Source: Rhodobacter capsulatus SB 1003
GTDB taxonomy: Bacteria > Pseudomonadota > Alphaproteobacteria > Rhodobacterales > Rhodobacteraceae
Reading direction: 5' to 3'
Assembly: GCF_000021865.1 (NCBI RefSeq)
Contig: NC_014035.1
Coordinates: 90,001 to 122,000 of the forward strand
Length of the DNA: 32,000 bases
Of the stretch, positions 1 through 9,496 are shown piece by piece (position 1 is the first letter of the stretch; each line of letters begins with the position of its first letter). Position numbers and translations under genes: made by a program. The notes under the pieces were generated by a model, which worked only from the letters and a program-made list of their open reading frames with translations, made no database searches and was not told the DNA's origin.

Positions 1-98
1 AAGGCCAGTTCCAGCAGCCCCGAGGCGACGGCAGAGCCGAAATCGAGCCAGAACAGGCGCCGGTGCGGGCGGTAATGGGCGATGAACTTGCGCAGCAT
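1..98 (-). CDS. N-terminal fragment of a fused permease/ATPase-type ABC exporter (continues beyond window start)
   Basis: Minus-strand ATG at 98-96 reads MLRKFIAHYRPHRRLFWLDFGSAVASGLLELA, a typical N-terminus of MsbA-like/siderophore-associated ABC exporters. It lies 14 nt downstream of the FhuC-like stop on the same strand. Confidence 0.5.
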   Translation of the reverse strand, partial: MLRKFIAHYRPHRRLFWLDFGSAVASGLLELA

Positions 99-112
99 CT
101 TTTGTCTTTCGC

Positions 113-880
113 TCAGGCAGGCAGGGCGACGGGATGGCCGCCCAGCGTCGTCACGGTCATCGGCAGGCCATAGACCCGGGCCAGCGCCTCGGGGGTCAGC
201 AGATCGCCGAGGGGGCCGTTCAGCACCAGCCGCCCGCCCTCCAGCGCCACCACCCGGTCGCAAAACCGCGCCGCCATGTTCACGTCATGCAGCACGATCA
301 CCGCCGAAAGCCCGCTGTCGCGGCACATCGCCTGCACAAGGCCCAGCACCTCGACCTGATGCGCCACATCCAAGGCCGAAATCGGCTCGTCCAGCAGCAG
401 CGTCCGCGCGCCCTGCGCCAGCATCATCGCGATCCAGCCGCGCTGCCGCTCGCCCCCGGAAAGCGTGTCGACCAGCCGCTCTTCCAGCCCGGTCAGGCCG
501 CAGCGGCGGATCGCCCCGGCGACGGCGGCGTGATCCTCGGGGCGAAAGCGGCCAAGCGCGCCGCGCCAGGGATACCGCCCCAGCGCCACCAGCTCGGCCA
601 GCCGCATCCCCTCGGCCGGGGGGGTGACCTGCGGCAGACAGGCCAGCGCCCGGGCCAGATCGCGGCGCGGCCATTGCGAAAGCGGCCGCCCCAGATGCGT
701 GATCTGCCCCGCCGTGGGCCGGACCTGCCCCGAGATCAGCTTCAGCAGCGTCGATTTCCCCGATCCGTTGCGCCCGATCAGCGCGGTGACGCAGCCCGGG
801 TGCAGCGTCAGATCAAGCCCGTCGATCAGCCGCCGCCCGGGCACGTCGAAGCACAGGTCCCGCAGGGTGAAAAGCGTCAT
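113..880 (-). CDS. Iron(III)-siderophore ABC transporter ATP-binding protein (FhuC/FepC-like)
   Basis: Walker A GRNGSGKST, signature LSGGERQR and Walker B LLLDEP are present. The real start is the internal MTLFTL at 880, whose ATG overlaps the upstream permease stop (ATGA). Confidence 0.9.
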   Translation of the reverse strand: MTLFTLRDLCFDVPGRRLIDGLDLTLHPGCVTALIGRNGSGKSTLLKLISGQVRPTAGQITHLGRPLSQWPRRDLARALACLPQVTPPAEGMRLAELVALGRYPWRGALGRFRPEDHAAVAGAIRRCGLTGLEERLVDTLSGGERQRGWIAMMLAQGARTLLLDEPISALDVAHQVEVLGLVQAMCRDSGLSAVIVLHDVNMAARFCDRVVALEGGRLVLNGPLGDLLTPEALARVYGLPMTVTTLGGHPVALPA

Positions 881-2847
881 GCGCGCCCCTTTCGCAGCAG
901 AAGGACGAAAAGCCAGGGCCCGCCGATCAGCGTTGCGCAAAGGCCCAGCGGCAGGTCATAGGGGCTGGCCAGGGTGCGGGCGGCAAAGGCGGCAAGCAGC
1001 ATCAGAAGCGCGCCGATCAGCCAGCTTGCGGTGACAAAGGGCACCGGCCGCACCAGGCCAAGGCTGCGCGCCAGATGCGGCGCCATCAGGCCCACGAAGC
1101 TGACCGGCCCGACAAGGATCGTCGCCGCGCCGGTGGCCAGCCCCGCCAGCAGGATCAGCCCCGGCCGCAGCGGCGTCAGGGGCAGGCCAAGCGCGCGGCA
1201 GAGGGCCGGGCCAAGCGGCAGGATCTCGAGCCAGCGGGCGGCCAGCAGCAGCGCCGCCAGCAGCGCCGCGGCCGCCGCGGCCAGGGCCAGCGCCGCCGCG
1301 GGCGTCACCGCCGCGGCACTGCCCGCCAGCCAGCCCAGGATCGCCCAGGCGCGCGGATCGCCGGTGGCGATGATCGCCGCCAGCACGGCCGAGGCAAAGG
1401 CGCCGATCGCGAGGCCCGCCAGCAAAAGCCGGGCCGGGGCGATGTCGCGGCCAAAGGCGAGGGCAGAGAGGCCCGCCAGCGTGACGGCACCGCCAAGCCC
1501 GGCGCCAAGGGCGAGCGCCCCCGGACCCGGCGCGGTCTGCAGGAACAGCGTCGCCGCATAGCCAAGCGCGGCGCCGCCGGTGACGCCCAGCACCTCGGGC
1601 GCGGCCATCGGATTGGCGGTCAACCGCTGCAGGATCGCCCCCGCCCCGGCCAGAAGCGCGCCCGCCGAAGCCGCCGCCAGAAGCGCCGTTGCCCGCAGCG
1701 GCAGGAAGCTGGCGCAAAGCCCGGGCGCGATCACGCCCCAGCCCGCCGGGCCGCGGCCGAGGACCAGCGTCAGCGCCGCCGCCGCCAGCAGCAGCCCGGC
1801 GAGCAGCGCCAGCCCCCGCGCGGGATGGCGGGCACGACGGGGCGGAGCCGCCCCGGTCTCGAGGGGGGGCGGCACATGGGTCGGCATCCGCGGCAGAAGC
1901 CACAGCAGAAGCGGCCCGCCGATCAGGCCGGTCAGCGCGCCGGTGGGCAGGTCGGGACCGCCAAGCGCCGCGACGGCCAGCAGCAGGCTGTCGGCCAGCG
2001 ACAGCAGGACCGCCCCCGCCAGCGGGGCCAGAAGCAGCCGGTGCCGCAGCGTTCTGGCGCCAAGGCCGCGGGCGATGGCGGGGGCGGCCAGGCCGACGAA
2101 GCCGATCAGGCCAAGCTCGGCCGAGACCAGCGCCGACAGCCCGACCGCCAGCGCCAGCGTGATCAGGCGCAGCGGCGCCGCCGCAAGGCCCAGCCCCCGG
2201 GCGCCCGCCGCCCCAAGCGACAGCACCAGAAGCGGACGGGCCAGAGCTGCGGCGCCGAGGATCGCGACCGCCAGCGCCAGCGCCAGATGCGCGGCGGGGG
2301 TCCAGTCGTCCTGGGTCAGCGCGCCGCCGTTCCAGATCAGCAGCGACAGCAGGTAATGCCCCTGCGCCAGCGTCAGCGCGGTGGCCAGCGCACTGGCGGT
2401 CAGCCCGACCAGCATCCCGGCCAGGGTGGTGGCGAGCGGGGCAAAGCCGCGCCCTGCCGCCAGCGCCATCCCCAGCGCCGTCGCGGCCCCTGCCCCGGCC
2501 AGCGCCACCGGCAGATTGCCGCCCGCCAGAAGCTGCGGCGCCAGAACCGTGGCGGCGACGATCGCCAGCTGCGCCCCCGCGGCGGTGCCGAGCACGGTCG
2601 GATCGGCCAGCGGATTGCGCAGCACCGCCTGCATCAGCGCCCCCGACAGGCCCAGAGCCGCCCCGGCGAGCAGCGCGACGACCGCGCGCGGCATCAGCCC
2701 CTGGGTCAGCAGGATCTGCGGCAGCGCCATCTGACCGATCTGCCAGGGCAGCGCGGGCCAATCGGCGACAGGCAAGGCCATCCGGGCGGCCAGCAGCCAC
2801 AGCCCCACGGACAGAAGCGCCGCCACAGGCAGGGCAAGCCGTCTCAT
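877..2847 (-). CDS. Iron-siderophore ABC transporter permease, fused double-domain FhuB-like (656 aa)
   Basis: This is the C-terminal 656 aa of the 983-aa track ORF, starting at MRRLALPVAALL. The protein is highly hydrophobic with two FecCD-like halves (LRNPLADPTVLG and LTANPMAAPEVLG). Its start ATG overlaps the binding-protein stop (ATGA). Confidence 0.88.
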   Translation of the reverse strand: MRRLALPVAALLSVGLWLLAARMALPVADWPALPWQIGQMALPQILLTQGLMPRAVVALLAGAALGLSGALMQAVLRNPLADPTVLGTAAGAQLAIVAATVLAPQLLAGGNLPVALAGAGAATALGMALAAGRGFAPLATTLAGMLVGLTASALATALTLAQGHYLLSLLIWNGGALTQDDWTPAAHLALALAVAILGAAALARPLLVLSLGAAGARGLGLAAAPLRLITLALAVGLSALVSAELGLIGFVGLAAPAIARGLGARTLRHRLLLAPLAGAVLLSLADSLLLAVAALGGPDLPTGALTGLIGGPLLLWLLPRMPTHVPPPLETGAAPPRRARHPARGLALLAGLLLAAAALTLVLGRGPAGWGVIAPGLCASFLPLRATALLAAASAGALLAGAGAILQRLTANPMAAPEVLGVTGGAALGYAATLFLQTAPGPGALALGAGLGGAVTLAGLSALAFGRDIAPARLLLAGLAIGAFASAVLAAIIATGDPRAWAILGWLAGSAAAVTPAAALALAAAAAALLAALLLAARWLEILPLGPALCRALGLPLTPLRPGLILLAGLATGAATILVGPVSFVGLMAPHLARSLGLVRPVPFVTASWLIGALLMLLAAFAARTLASPYDLPLGLCATLIGGPWLFVLLLRKGRA

Positions 2848-3755
2848 GCGGCCTCCAGCGCTTTGGTCAGGGCGCGGGCAAAGCGCAGCGCCGAAGGCAG
2901 GCCGCCGAAACCGTTGATCGCGCCCAGAGCGCTGACCCGGCCCGCGCGCCGGGCGGGCAGCGCGTTCCAAAGCTCCGAGCGGGCAAGGCCGCGGGCGGTC
3001 TGAACCGGGATCTCGCCGGTGAGGACGATCCGCGCGGTCGGAAAATCGGCCAGCCGTTCCAGCGGCACCGGCGCGGCAAAGGCGAAGCGGCTTTCGCCGT
3101 CCCAGGCATTGGTCAGCCCGAGCGCCGTCAGCGCGCCGTGAAACAGGCTGTCGGTGCCGAACAGGCGGACATGCCGGGCGTCGCCGATCTCGACCAGAAG
3201 ACAGGGCGCGGCGGCGGTTTGCGGGATGCGCCGGGCAAGGGCGGCAAATTCGGCGCGGCTGCGGGAGAGCACGGCGCTGGCGGCCGCGGGGGTGCCAAGC
3301 CGCGTTGCCAGATCCTGTGTCGCGGCGATCAGCCGGGGCAGCGGCGGCACCCCCGGCACGAAGAGCGGGCGCGAAAACACCGGCGCGATGCCGGCCAGCC
3401 GCGCCTCGGCGAAGCTGTAATAGCTTGAGGACAGGATCAGATCGGGCGCCGCAAGGGCCAGCGTTTCCAGGCTGGGCCCGCCGCGCAGGCCAAGGTCGAT
3501 GGTGTCGGCCGAAAGCGGCATCGGTGCGGTGCGGCGAAAGGCGGCCAGCTCGGCCAGCGCCTGCGGCGGATGGCCAAGCGCGGCGGCGGTTTCCGCCATC
3601 GCCCAGTCGATCGCCGCCAGCCGCAGCGGCCGGACCGCCGCTGCCCCCTCCCCTGCCCCGGCCCGTCCCGCCACCACGGCCGAGGCCGCGGCAACCAGGA
3701 CGGCGCGGCGGGTCACCCCGCCCCCTCGCCCGCTGACATGTGGCCCGCTTACCAT
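2844..3755 (-). CDS. Periplasmic iron-siderophore substrate-binding protein (FhuD-like)
   Basis: There is a Tat-like signal (TRRAVLVAAASAVVAG) and the protein sits between the receptor and the permease. The ATG at 3755 overlaps the receptor stop. A GTG a few codons downstream (VTRRAV) is an alternative start. Confidence 0.8.
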   Translation of the reverse strand: MVSGPHVSGRGGGVTRRAVLVAAASAVVAGRAGAGEGAAAVRPLRLAAIDWAMAETAAALGHPPQALAELAAFRRTAPMPLSADTIDLGLRGGPSLETLALAAPDLILSSSYYSFAEARLAGIAPVFSRPLFVPGVPPLPRLIAATQDLATRLGTPAAASAVLSRSRAEFAALARRIPQTAAAPCLLVEIGDARHVRLFGTDSLFHGALTALGLTNAWDGESRFAFAAPVPLERLADFPTARIVLTGEIPVQTARGLARSELWNALPARRAGRVSALGAINGFGGLPSALRFARALTKALEAA

Positions 3756-5860
3756 GTGACGCCAAGGCTGGCCGAGACGGTGCGCTCGTCGCCCGGATAG
3801 CTGGCGAAGGACCCGACCCCGGCCACATAGGCCTTGTCGGTCAGGTTCGAGACGTTGATCCGCCCGGTCACGCCGTTCTGCCAGGTATAGGAGGCGCCAA
3901 GGTCGAGCAGCGTCACCGCCCCCAGCCGCGCGGTGTTGGCGTCATCGGCGTAGCGGCTGCCGATATGGCGCAGGCCCCCGCCCAGCGTCAGCCCCTGCAT
4001 CTTGCCCGCGAAGTCATGCGACAGCCACAGGCTGGCCGCATGTTCGGGCACGTTCTTCAGCGCGGTTCCGGCCTGTTCGCCCGCCAGCACCTTGCTGTCG
4101 GTCCGGGTATAGGCGGCCTTGAGGGTCCAGCCCTGCGCCAGCTCTGCCACGCCTTCCAGCTCCAGCCCGCGGATCCGGGCCTCGCCGATCTGCCGCAGTC
4201 CGGTCCGCGCGCCCTCGGTCACGGTGGTGTTGCGGTCGGTCTCGCGCAGATCGAAGAGCGCGGCGCTGAACAGGCCCTCGAAGGCGGCGGGCTCGTATTT
4301 CACCCCAAGCTCCCATTGCTTGCCGCGGGTGGGATCCAGCGCCCGGCCGTCGATATCGGCGCCCGGCTGCGGCAGATAGGAGGTGGCATAGGACAGGTAG
4401 CTGGCCAGGCCATTGTCGGCGACATAGCCCAGCGAGACCTGCCCGGTCGTCGCCGCATCCTTGCGGGTCAGATCGGTGCTGCCGTAATTGGTGACATTCT
4501 GCCCGTCCTGATCGGACCATTCCCGGCGCAGACCCAGCGTCGCGCGGAATTTGCCGAAGCTCATCTCATCGACGCCATAAAGGCCGAGCTGCGTCACCTC
4601 GATGTCCTTTTGCGCGGTATACCACGGCGCCCCGAAGCTGCCGCCATAGGCCGGGGCGGTGATGTCGATCGCGGCAAGGCTGGAAAAGCCGGTCGTGGCG
4701 CTTTCGCGCAGCCGCATCGCATCAAGGCCGAAGGTCAGCTTGTGGCTGACGCCTCCGGTCGCGGCCTCGCCGCTCAGCCGCAGATCGGTGCCGAGGCTCT
4801 CGAAGCTTTCGCGCTGCGCGATCACGCCGCGCGTCGCGGTGCTGGCGGTGCCGCCCGAGACATAGACGCTGTCGTAATCCCAGTCGTGACGGGTATAGCG
4901 CAGCGTGTTGTTCAGCTTCCAGCCATTGCCGAAATCATGCGTCAGGCCAAAGGACAGCGTGCGCATCTGCCGGTCGCTTTGATTGATCGCGGGATCGCCG
5001 AAATCGAAGCTGCGCAGCCGGTCCCAATCGACCACCCCCAGCATCGCCGCGGGCACGCCGGTCGGTGATTGCGGCGCGTCGTCATGCATCGAGGCCATGA
5101 TTTCAAGCTCGGTCGTGTCGGTCAGCAGATAGCTGGCCGAGAGCGCCAGATAGTCGCGGCGGTTGTCGATCTGTTTCACCGCGGTGTTGGTGTCGCTTGA
5201 TTTCGCGGTCAGACGATAGGCGAAGCGGTCGTTCACCACCCGGTTCGCATCGCCGAAAACCTGCCACGAACCTTGGCTGTCGAAACCGAACCCCAGTTCG
5301 GTGGTGTCGCCCGAGGCCTGCGCGCGCTTCTGGATCATGTTGATCACGCCCGCGGGCGTGCCCGCGCCATAAAGCACCGAGGCCGGGCCTTTCAGCACCT
5401 CGACCCGTTCCAGGCCGTAAAGCTCGAAACTGGGCGCGCTGGTCGGATATTGCGTCGAGCGCATCAGCCGCAACCCGTCCAGAAGCTTGTCGTTTTCCAG
5501 GTTGAAGCCGCGCAGGTAAAGGCTGTCAAAGCGCGGATCGGCGCCGAAATTCTCGGTCACGACACCGGCGGTATAGCCCACCGCCTCGGCGAGGCTGGTG
5601 GCGCCCTGCGCCGCGATCTGCGCGCGCGGGATCACCGAGACGGCGGCCGGGGTTTCCAGGATCGGCGTTCCGGTCTTGGTCGAGGCGCTGGTTTTCGCCA
5701 CCGATCCGGCCAGCGGCGCGGTCGGGTTGGCGCCGCCCTGCACCGAAATCGTGCCAAGGAAGGTTTCGCGGCTGTCGTCCTCCTCGGCCAGCGCAGCGCC
5801 GGCCGCAAGGGCCGCCAAGCTGGCCCCGAGAAGAAGACGGGAAGAAAGGGTCTTGCGCAT
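3749..5860 (-). CDS. TonB-dependent siderophore receptor
   Basis: Signal peptide MRKTLSSRLLLGASLAALAAGAALA, plug motifs (ETPAAVSVI, VEVLKGPASVLYG) and a beta-barrel ending in the aromatic terminus SLGVTW. An AGGAA RBS lies 7 nt before the ATG at 5860; an ATG at 5866 is also possible. The upstream part of the 1059-aa track ORF is read-through. Confidence 0.9.
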   Translation of the reverse strand: MRKTLSSRLLLGASLAALAAGAALAEEDDSRETFLGTISVQGGANPTAPLAGSVAKTSASTKTGTPILETPAAVSVIPRAQIAAQGATSLAEAVGYTAGVVTENFGADPRFDSLYLRGFNLENDKLLDGLRLMRSTQYPTSAPSFELYGLERVEVLKGPASVLYGAGTPAGVINMIQKRAQASGDTTELGFGFDSQGSWQVFGDANRVVNDRFAYRLTAKSSDTNTAVKQIDNRRDYLALSASYLLTDTTELEIMASMHDDAPQSPTGVPAAMLGVVDWDRLRSFDFGDPAINQSDRQMRTLSFGLTHDFGNGWKLNNTLRYTRHDWDYDSVYVSGGTASTATRGVIAQRESFESLGTDLRLSGEAATGGVSHKLTFGLDAMRLRESATTGFSSLAAIDITAPAYGGSFGAPWYTAQKDIEVTQLGLYGVDEMSFGKFRATLGLRREWSDQDGQNVTNYGSTDLTRKDAATTGQVSLGYVADNGLASYLSYATSYLPQPGADIDGRALDPTRGKQWELGVKYEPAAFEGLFSAALFDLRETDRNTTVTEGARTGLRQIGEARIRGLELEGVAELAQGWTLKAAYTRTDSKVLAGEQAGTALKNVPEHAASLWLSHDFAGKMQGLTLGGGLRHIGSRYADDANTARLGAVTLLDLGASYTWQNGVTGRINVSNLTDKAYVAGVGSFASYPGDERTVSASLGVTW

Positions 5861-5946
5861 GGGCATTTCCTGAGAGGGCGGATGAATTCCCGAGCGTTTA
5901 ACACGGGTATTTTCGGTCTGTCTTGAACAGGGCTGCGGGGATTTGT

Positions 5947-6843
5947 TCAAAACCCGGGATTTGTGCCGCGCCGCCAGACCGAGGGCGGCAGGCCATGCGC
6001 GGCGCGAAACAGCCGGGACAGATGCGCCTGATCGGCAAAGCCGGTGGCATGGGCGATTTCGGCCAGCGACAGCGCCGGATCGGCCATCATCGCCCGGGCC
6101 GCTTCCAGCCGCAGCCGCGATTGCCAGCGCTGCGGCGTTTCGCCGAACTGCTGCTTGAACCGATGCGCAAACCAGCTTTCCGACAGGCCCGCCACCTCGG
6201 CCAGTTCCGCCACCGTCACCTGTCGCGACAGATGCGCCCGCAGATGGCCCTCGACCGCCGCGCGCTGCCGCGGCGTCAGACCGCCCCCGGGCGGCGGTGC
6301 GGCCCCCTGCCCCGGCCCCTGCACCGGCTTGTCCCCCGGCCCCTGCCCCGGTTCGGTCCGGTCGAAAATCTCGCCCAGAAGCGCCGAGAGCAGGCCATCG
6401 AGCACCATCTCGCCGCGGCGCGGCACCCGCACCTCTTCGGCGGCCATCTGCGCCAGCGCCCGCAGCCGGGGATTGTCGCCGATCATCTGCGGCTGCGCCA
6501 GATCGGGGCGCACCGCGGCCCGTCCCAGCCGCTGCGCCAGCGCGGCGCCCTGCAGGTGGAAATCGATATGCGCCAGATCCTGCCCGCGCTCCAGCCTGCT
6601 CCAGAGCGGCACGCCGGGGGGCATGTAAAACGCCTGCATGCCGCGCAGCTCCGGCCCGGCTTCGGCCGCGCGCAGGGTCATCGCGGTCTCGGTCAGGAAA
6701 ACGACGATGCGCGGATCGGGGGCAAGGTAAAAGCCGCCGCCGCCGGTTTCGCCGCGCACCGACCAGACATCGGCGATGGCGCCTTCCAGACGGCGAAAGG
6801 CCAGCGGCGCCAGCGTGCGCAGCGCCTGTGTCCGCGTCTGCAT
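5947..6843 (-). CDS. AraC-family transcriptional regulator (siderophore-uptake type, PchR/YbtA/RhrA-like context)
   Basis: The C-terminus has the double HTH VTVAELAEVAGLSESWFAHRFKQQFGETPQRW and SLAEIAHATGFADQAHLSRLFR. The start is ambiguous between ATG at 6843 and TTG at 6906. Confidence 0.85.
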   Translation of the reverse strand: MQTRTQALRTLAPLAFRRLEGAIADVWSVRGETGGGGFYLAPDPRIVVFLTETAMTLRAAEAGPELRGMQAFYMPPGVPLWSRLERGQDLAHIDFHLQGAALAQRLGRAAVRPDLAQPQMIGDNPRLRALAQMAAEEVRVPRRGEMVLDGLLSALLGEIFDRTEPGQGPGDKPVQGPGQGAAPPPGGGLTPRQRAAVEGHLRAHLSRQVTVAELAEVAGLSESWFAHRFKQQFGETPQRWQSRLRLEAARAMMADPALSLAEIAHATGFADQAHLSRLFRAAHGLPPSVWRRGTNPGF

Positions 6844-7273
6844 CCGCGGGGTGAACGTCTGTCTGAGCTGACCCAAATCGACCCTGTCCGTGAGGAGCCT
6901 CGGCAAAGGGCGTATCTGACAGAAACAATCAACTTTGGCAATGCGCTTGCGCAGCGCCCGGTCCTGGTCGCAATCCCGGCGCCCGAAGCGATTCGATCCG
7001 CTCGGGTTTGCGAGGGATGGTGGCTTGAGGGGCCACCGCCACCAGATCTCGCGTCGGGTGGCGCGCAGGGGCGAAAAGCAATTTTAATCAGGGACTTGTC
7101 TGATCTGAGGGCGCAAGCGGACCGGCCTTGTCAGGGCGATGGCCCCCGACTTTGCAAAAAACTGTTGTCTGGGGGAAAGTTGCGTGCAATGTCTGATCTT
7201 GTCGCAAAAAGGCGCAAACAACGCGTTTTCGCGACGAAACCAAGACGGCCCACCAAGAGGCCAAGAGGGCAGA

Positions 7274-8476
7274 ATGAGCATATCGTCAAAACCGGCCGTC
7301 TCTGGCTCTGTTGCAGCCTCCATCGCCGCGAATGCCGTCAGGCTGTCGGAGGCGCTGGACAATCATATGCGCAACAGCTTTCAGCCGGAAAGCCGGAAAA
7401 CGCTGCGGAAATTCCAGCCTGCCGAAGTTTCGGAACTGACGGGAATCAGCATGTCGAACCTGCGAACCCGGCATCAGGACGGCGATTTCCCCGAGGTGGA
7501 GACCGATTCGCGCGGGCGGCGGCTGTATTCCGCGGCCGAGATCGACCAGATCCGCCACATCATGGCAAAGACCGGCCGCAATGGCGACGCCTATCTGCCC
7601 GGTCGCCGCGGCACCGATGCGCTGCAGGTGATCTCGATCGTGAATTTCAAGGGCGGGTCCAGCAAGACCACCTCGGCGATCCATCTTGCACAGCGCTATG
7701 CGCTGCGCGGCTATCGCGTTCTGGCGATCGACATGGACCCGCAGGCCAGCCTGACGACGATGTTCGGCTATCGGCCCGAGATCGAATTCGCCGAGGGCGG
7801 CACGATCTATGACGCGCTGAAATACGAAGAGCCGGTGCCGATCAGCCAGGTCATCCGCAAGACCTATTTCCACAATCTGGATCTGGCCCCGGCCGGGCTG
7901 ATGCTGTCGGAATACGAGACCGAAACCGCCTATGCGCTGCAGCACAAGATCGACCCGCCCTTTACCCAGCGGCTGGCGATCGCGCTGGACGAGGTGGAGG
8001 CAAACTACGATCTGGTGATCATCGACTGCCCGCCGCAGCTTGGCTTTACCACGATGACGGCGCTTCTGGCCTCCACCGGGCTTTTGATCACCGTCGTGCC
8101 CAGCATGCTGGATGTGGCCTCGATGGCGCAATTCCTTGAAATGGCGGGCGAAACCGTGCGTGCGCTGGAAGAGGCGGCCGGGCCGATCCACTGGAATTTC
8201 CTGAAATTCCTGATCGCGCGCTATGAGCCGACCGACGTGCCGCAATCGCAGATGGCGGGTTTTTTGCGCTCGATCCTGCTCGATCAGGTGCTGACGACGC
8301 CGATGCTGAAATCGACGGCGATTTCCGATGCGGGCATGACGCAGCAGACGATCTATGAAATCGAGCCGTCGCAGGTGCTGAAAAAGACCCTCGACCGAAT
8401 TTTGGAAAGCGTGAACGGCGTCGCCAATGAATTCGAAACGGTGATCCAGAACGCCTGGGGGCGGGAGACTGACTGA
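7274..8476 (+). CDS. repA: RepA, ParA-family partition ATPase of a repABC operon
   Basis: Deviant Walker A NFKGGSSKTT, followed by AIDMDPQASLT. The start is the internal MSISSKPAV at 7274, preceded by an AGAGGGCAGA RBS. Confidence 0.92.
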   Translation: MSISSKPAVSGSVAASIAANAVRLSEALDNHMRNSFQPESRKTLRKFQPAEVSELTGISMSNLRTRHQDGDFPEVETDSRGRRLYSAAEIDQIRHIMAKTGRNGDAYLPGRRGTDALQVISIVNFKGGSSKTTSAIHLAQRYALRGYRVLAIDMDPQASLTTMFGYRPEIEFAEGGTIYDALKYEEPVPISQVIRKTYFHNLDLAPAGLMLSEYETETAYALQHKIDPPFTQRLAIALDEVEANYDLVIIDCPPQLGFTTMTALLASTGLLITVVPSMLDVASMAQFLEMAGETVRALEEAAGPIHWNFLKFLIARYEPTDVPQSQMAGFLRSILLDQVLTTPMLKSTAISDAGMTQQTIYEIEPSQVLKKTLDRILESVNGVANEFETVIQNAWGRETD

Positions 8477-9453
8477 TGGCACGTCGCAACCTGTTCCAGC
8501 CCCCTGCCCCGCCCGCCGAAAAGCCTGCCGAAAAACCCGCGCCGGAAAGCAAGTCCCGCTTTCCGAACACCGGCGCGATGAGCGGGGTGAAATCGACGCT
8601 GAAGGATCTGTCCAGCAATGCCGTGCGCGAGATCCCGCCCGAGCTGATCGAGGAAGGCGGCCCCAAGGACCGGCTGGCCTTCAGCGATGCCGATGTCGCG
8701 CAGCTGGCCGAAAGCATCCGGCTGCACGGGCAGCAGGTGCCGGTGATGGTGCGGCCGATCGCCGACCGGCCGGGCAGCTACCGCATCGTTTACGGGCGCC
8801 GCCGGCTGCGGGCGCTGCGCCTGCTGGGTCTGCCCGCGAAGGCGCTTGTGCGGGCGCTGTCCGACGACGAGGCGATTCTGGCGCAGGGGCAGGAAAACGC
8901 GCAAAGGCTGGATCCGAGCTTCATCGAGAAATCGCTGTTTGCGGCGGAACTGGCGGCAAGCGGCTACGAGACGGCGGTGATCCTCGACGCGCTGGCGATC
9001 GACAAGCCGATGCTGTCGCGGATGCAGAAGGTCGCGCGCAGCATTCCCGAGGCGGTGGCGCGGCGGATCGGTCCGGCGCATGGCATCGGTCGACGGCGCT
9101 GGGAAGAGCTGGCCGATCTGGTCAACGCCCATGGCCTTGATCTGGAGGCGCTGGCGGAAACGGTGCTGGCGCCGGGTGCCGACAGCTCGGACGGGCGGTT
9201 TGCGCAGCTGGCGACGGCGGCCGCGGCGGCCCTGCGCCGGGCAGAGCCGGAAACGGCGCCCGCCGCCCCTGCCCTGCCGGTGGTGGCGGACGACGGGATC
9301 CGGCTGGCGCAGATCAGCGAAACGGCGCGGGCGGTGACGGTAAAACTGTCGAAGACCGAGGCCCCGGAATTCGCCCGCTGGTGGCGCGAACATGCAGAGG
9401 CCGAATTGCGGCGTCTTTACACGGAATGGCGGTCAGGCCCCCGGGCCGACTGA
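8476..9453 (+). CDS. repB: RepB, ParB-family partition protein
   Basis: The start overlaps the repA stop (TGATG). ParB-box sequence QQVPVMVRP and YRIVYGRRRLRA is present, in the canonical repA-repB-repC order. Confidence 0.9.
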   Translation: MARRNLFQPPAPPAEKPAEKPAPESKSRFPNTGAMSGVKSTLKDLSSNAVREIPPELIEEGGPKDRLAFSDADVAQLAESIRLHGQQVPVMVRPIADRPGSYRIVYGRRRLRALRLLGLPAKALVRALSDDEAILAQGQENAQRLDPSFIEKSLFAAELAASGYETAVILDALAIDKPMLSRMQKVARSIPEAVARRIGPAHGIGRRRWEELADLVNAHGLDLEALAETVLAPGADSSDGRFAQLATAAAAALRRAEPETAPAAPALPVVADDGIRLAQISETARAVTVKLSKTEAPEFARWWREHAEAELRRLYTEWRSGPRAD

Positions 9454-9496
9454 CGGAAACGGACCCCCGCAGCAGAAAGGAGCACGAAAGCAACCC

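Noticed and set aside
1075-3003. Long plus-strand ORFs opposite the siderophore genes (for example 1075-3003, 974-1561, 1580-2356, 3740-5068, 5923-7812)
   Set aside because: Their composition is dominated by R, Q, P, G and A with no recognisable domains. They are typical antisense shadow ORFs of high-GC coding DNA, and every one is fully overlapped by a well-supported gene.
877-3828. 983-aa track ORF apparently fusing the binding-protein region with the permease
   Set aside because: The N-terminal roughly 330 aa are Arg/Gly/Pro-rich shadow sequence lying out of frame over the real FhuD-like gene (2844-3755). The genuine permease begins at MRRLALPV (2847), with an ATGA overlap.
3749-6928. 1059-aa track ORF extending the TonB-dependent receptor upstream through the AraC gene
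   Set aside because: The extension is low-complexity Arg/Ala/Gly read-through overlapping the AraC CDS in another frame. A signal peptide and RBS define the true start at about 5860.
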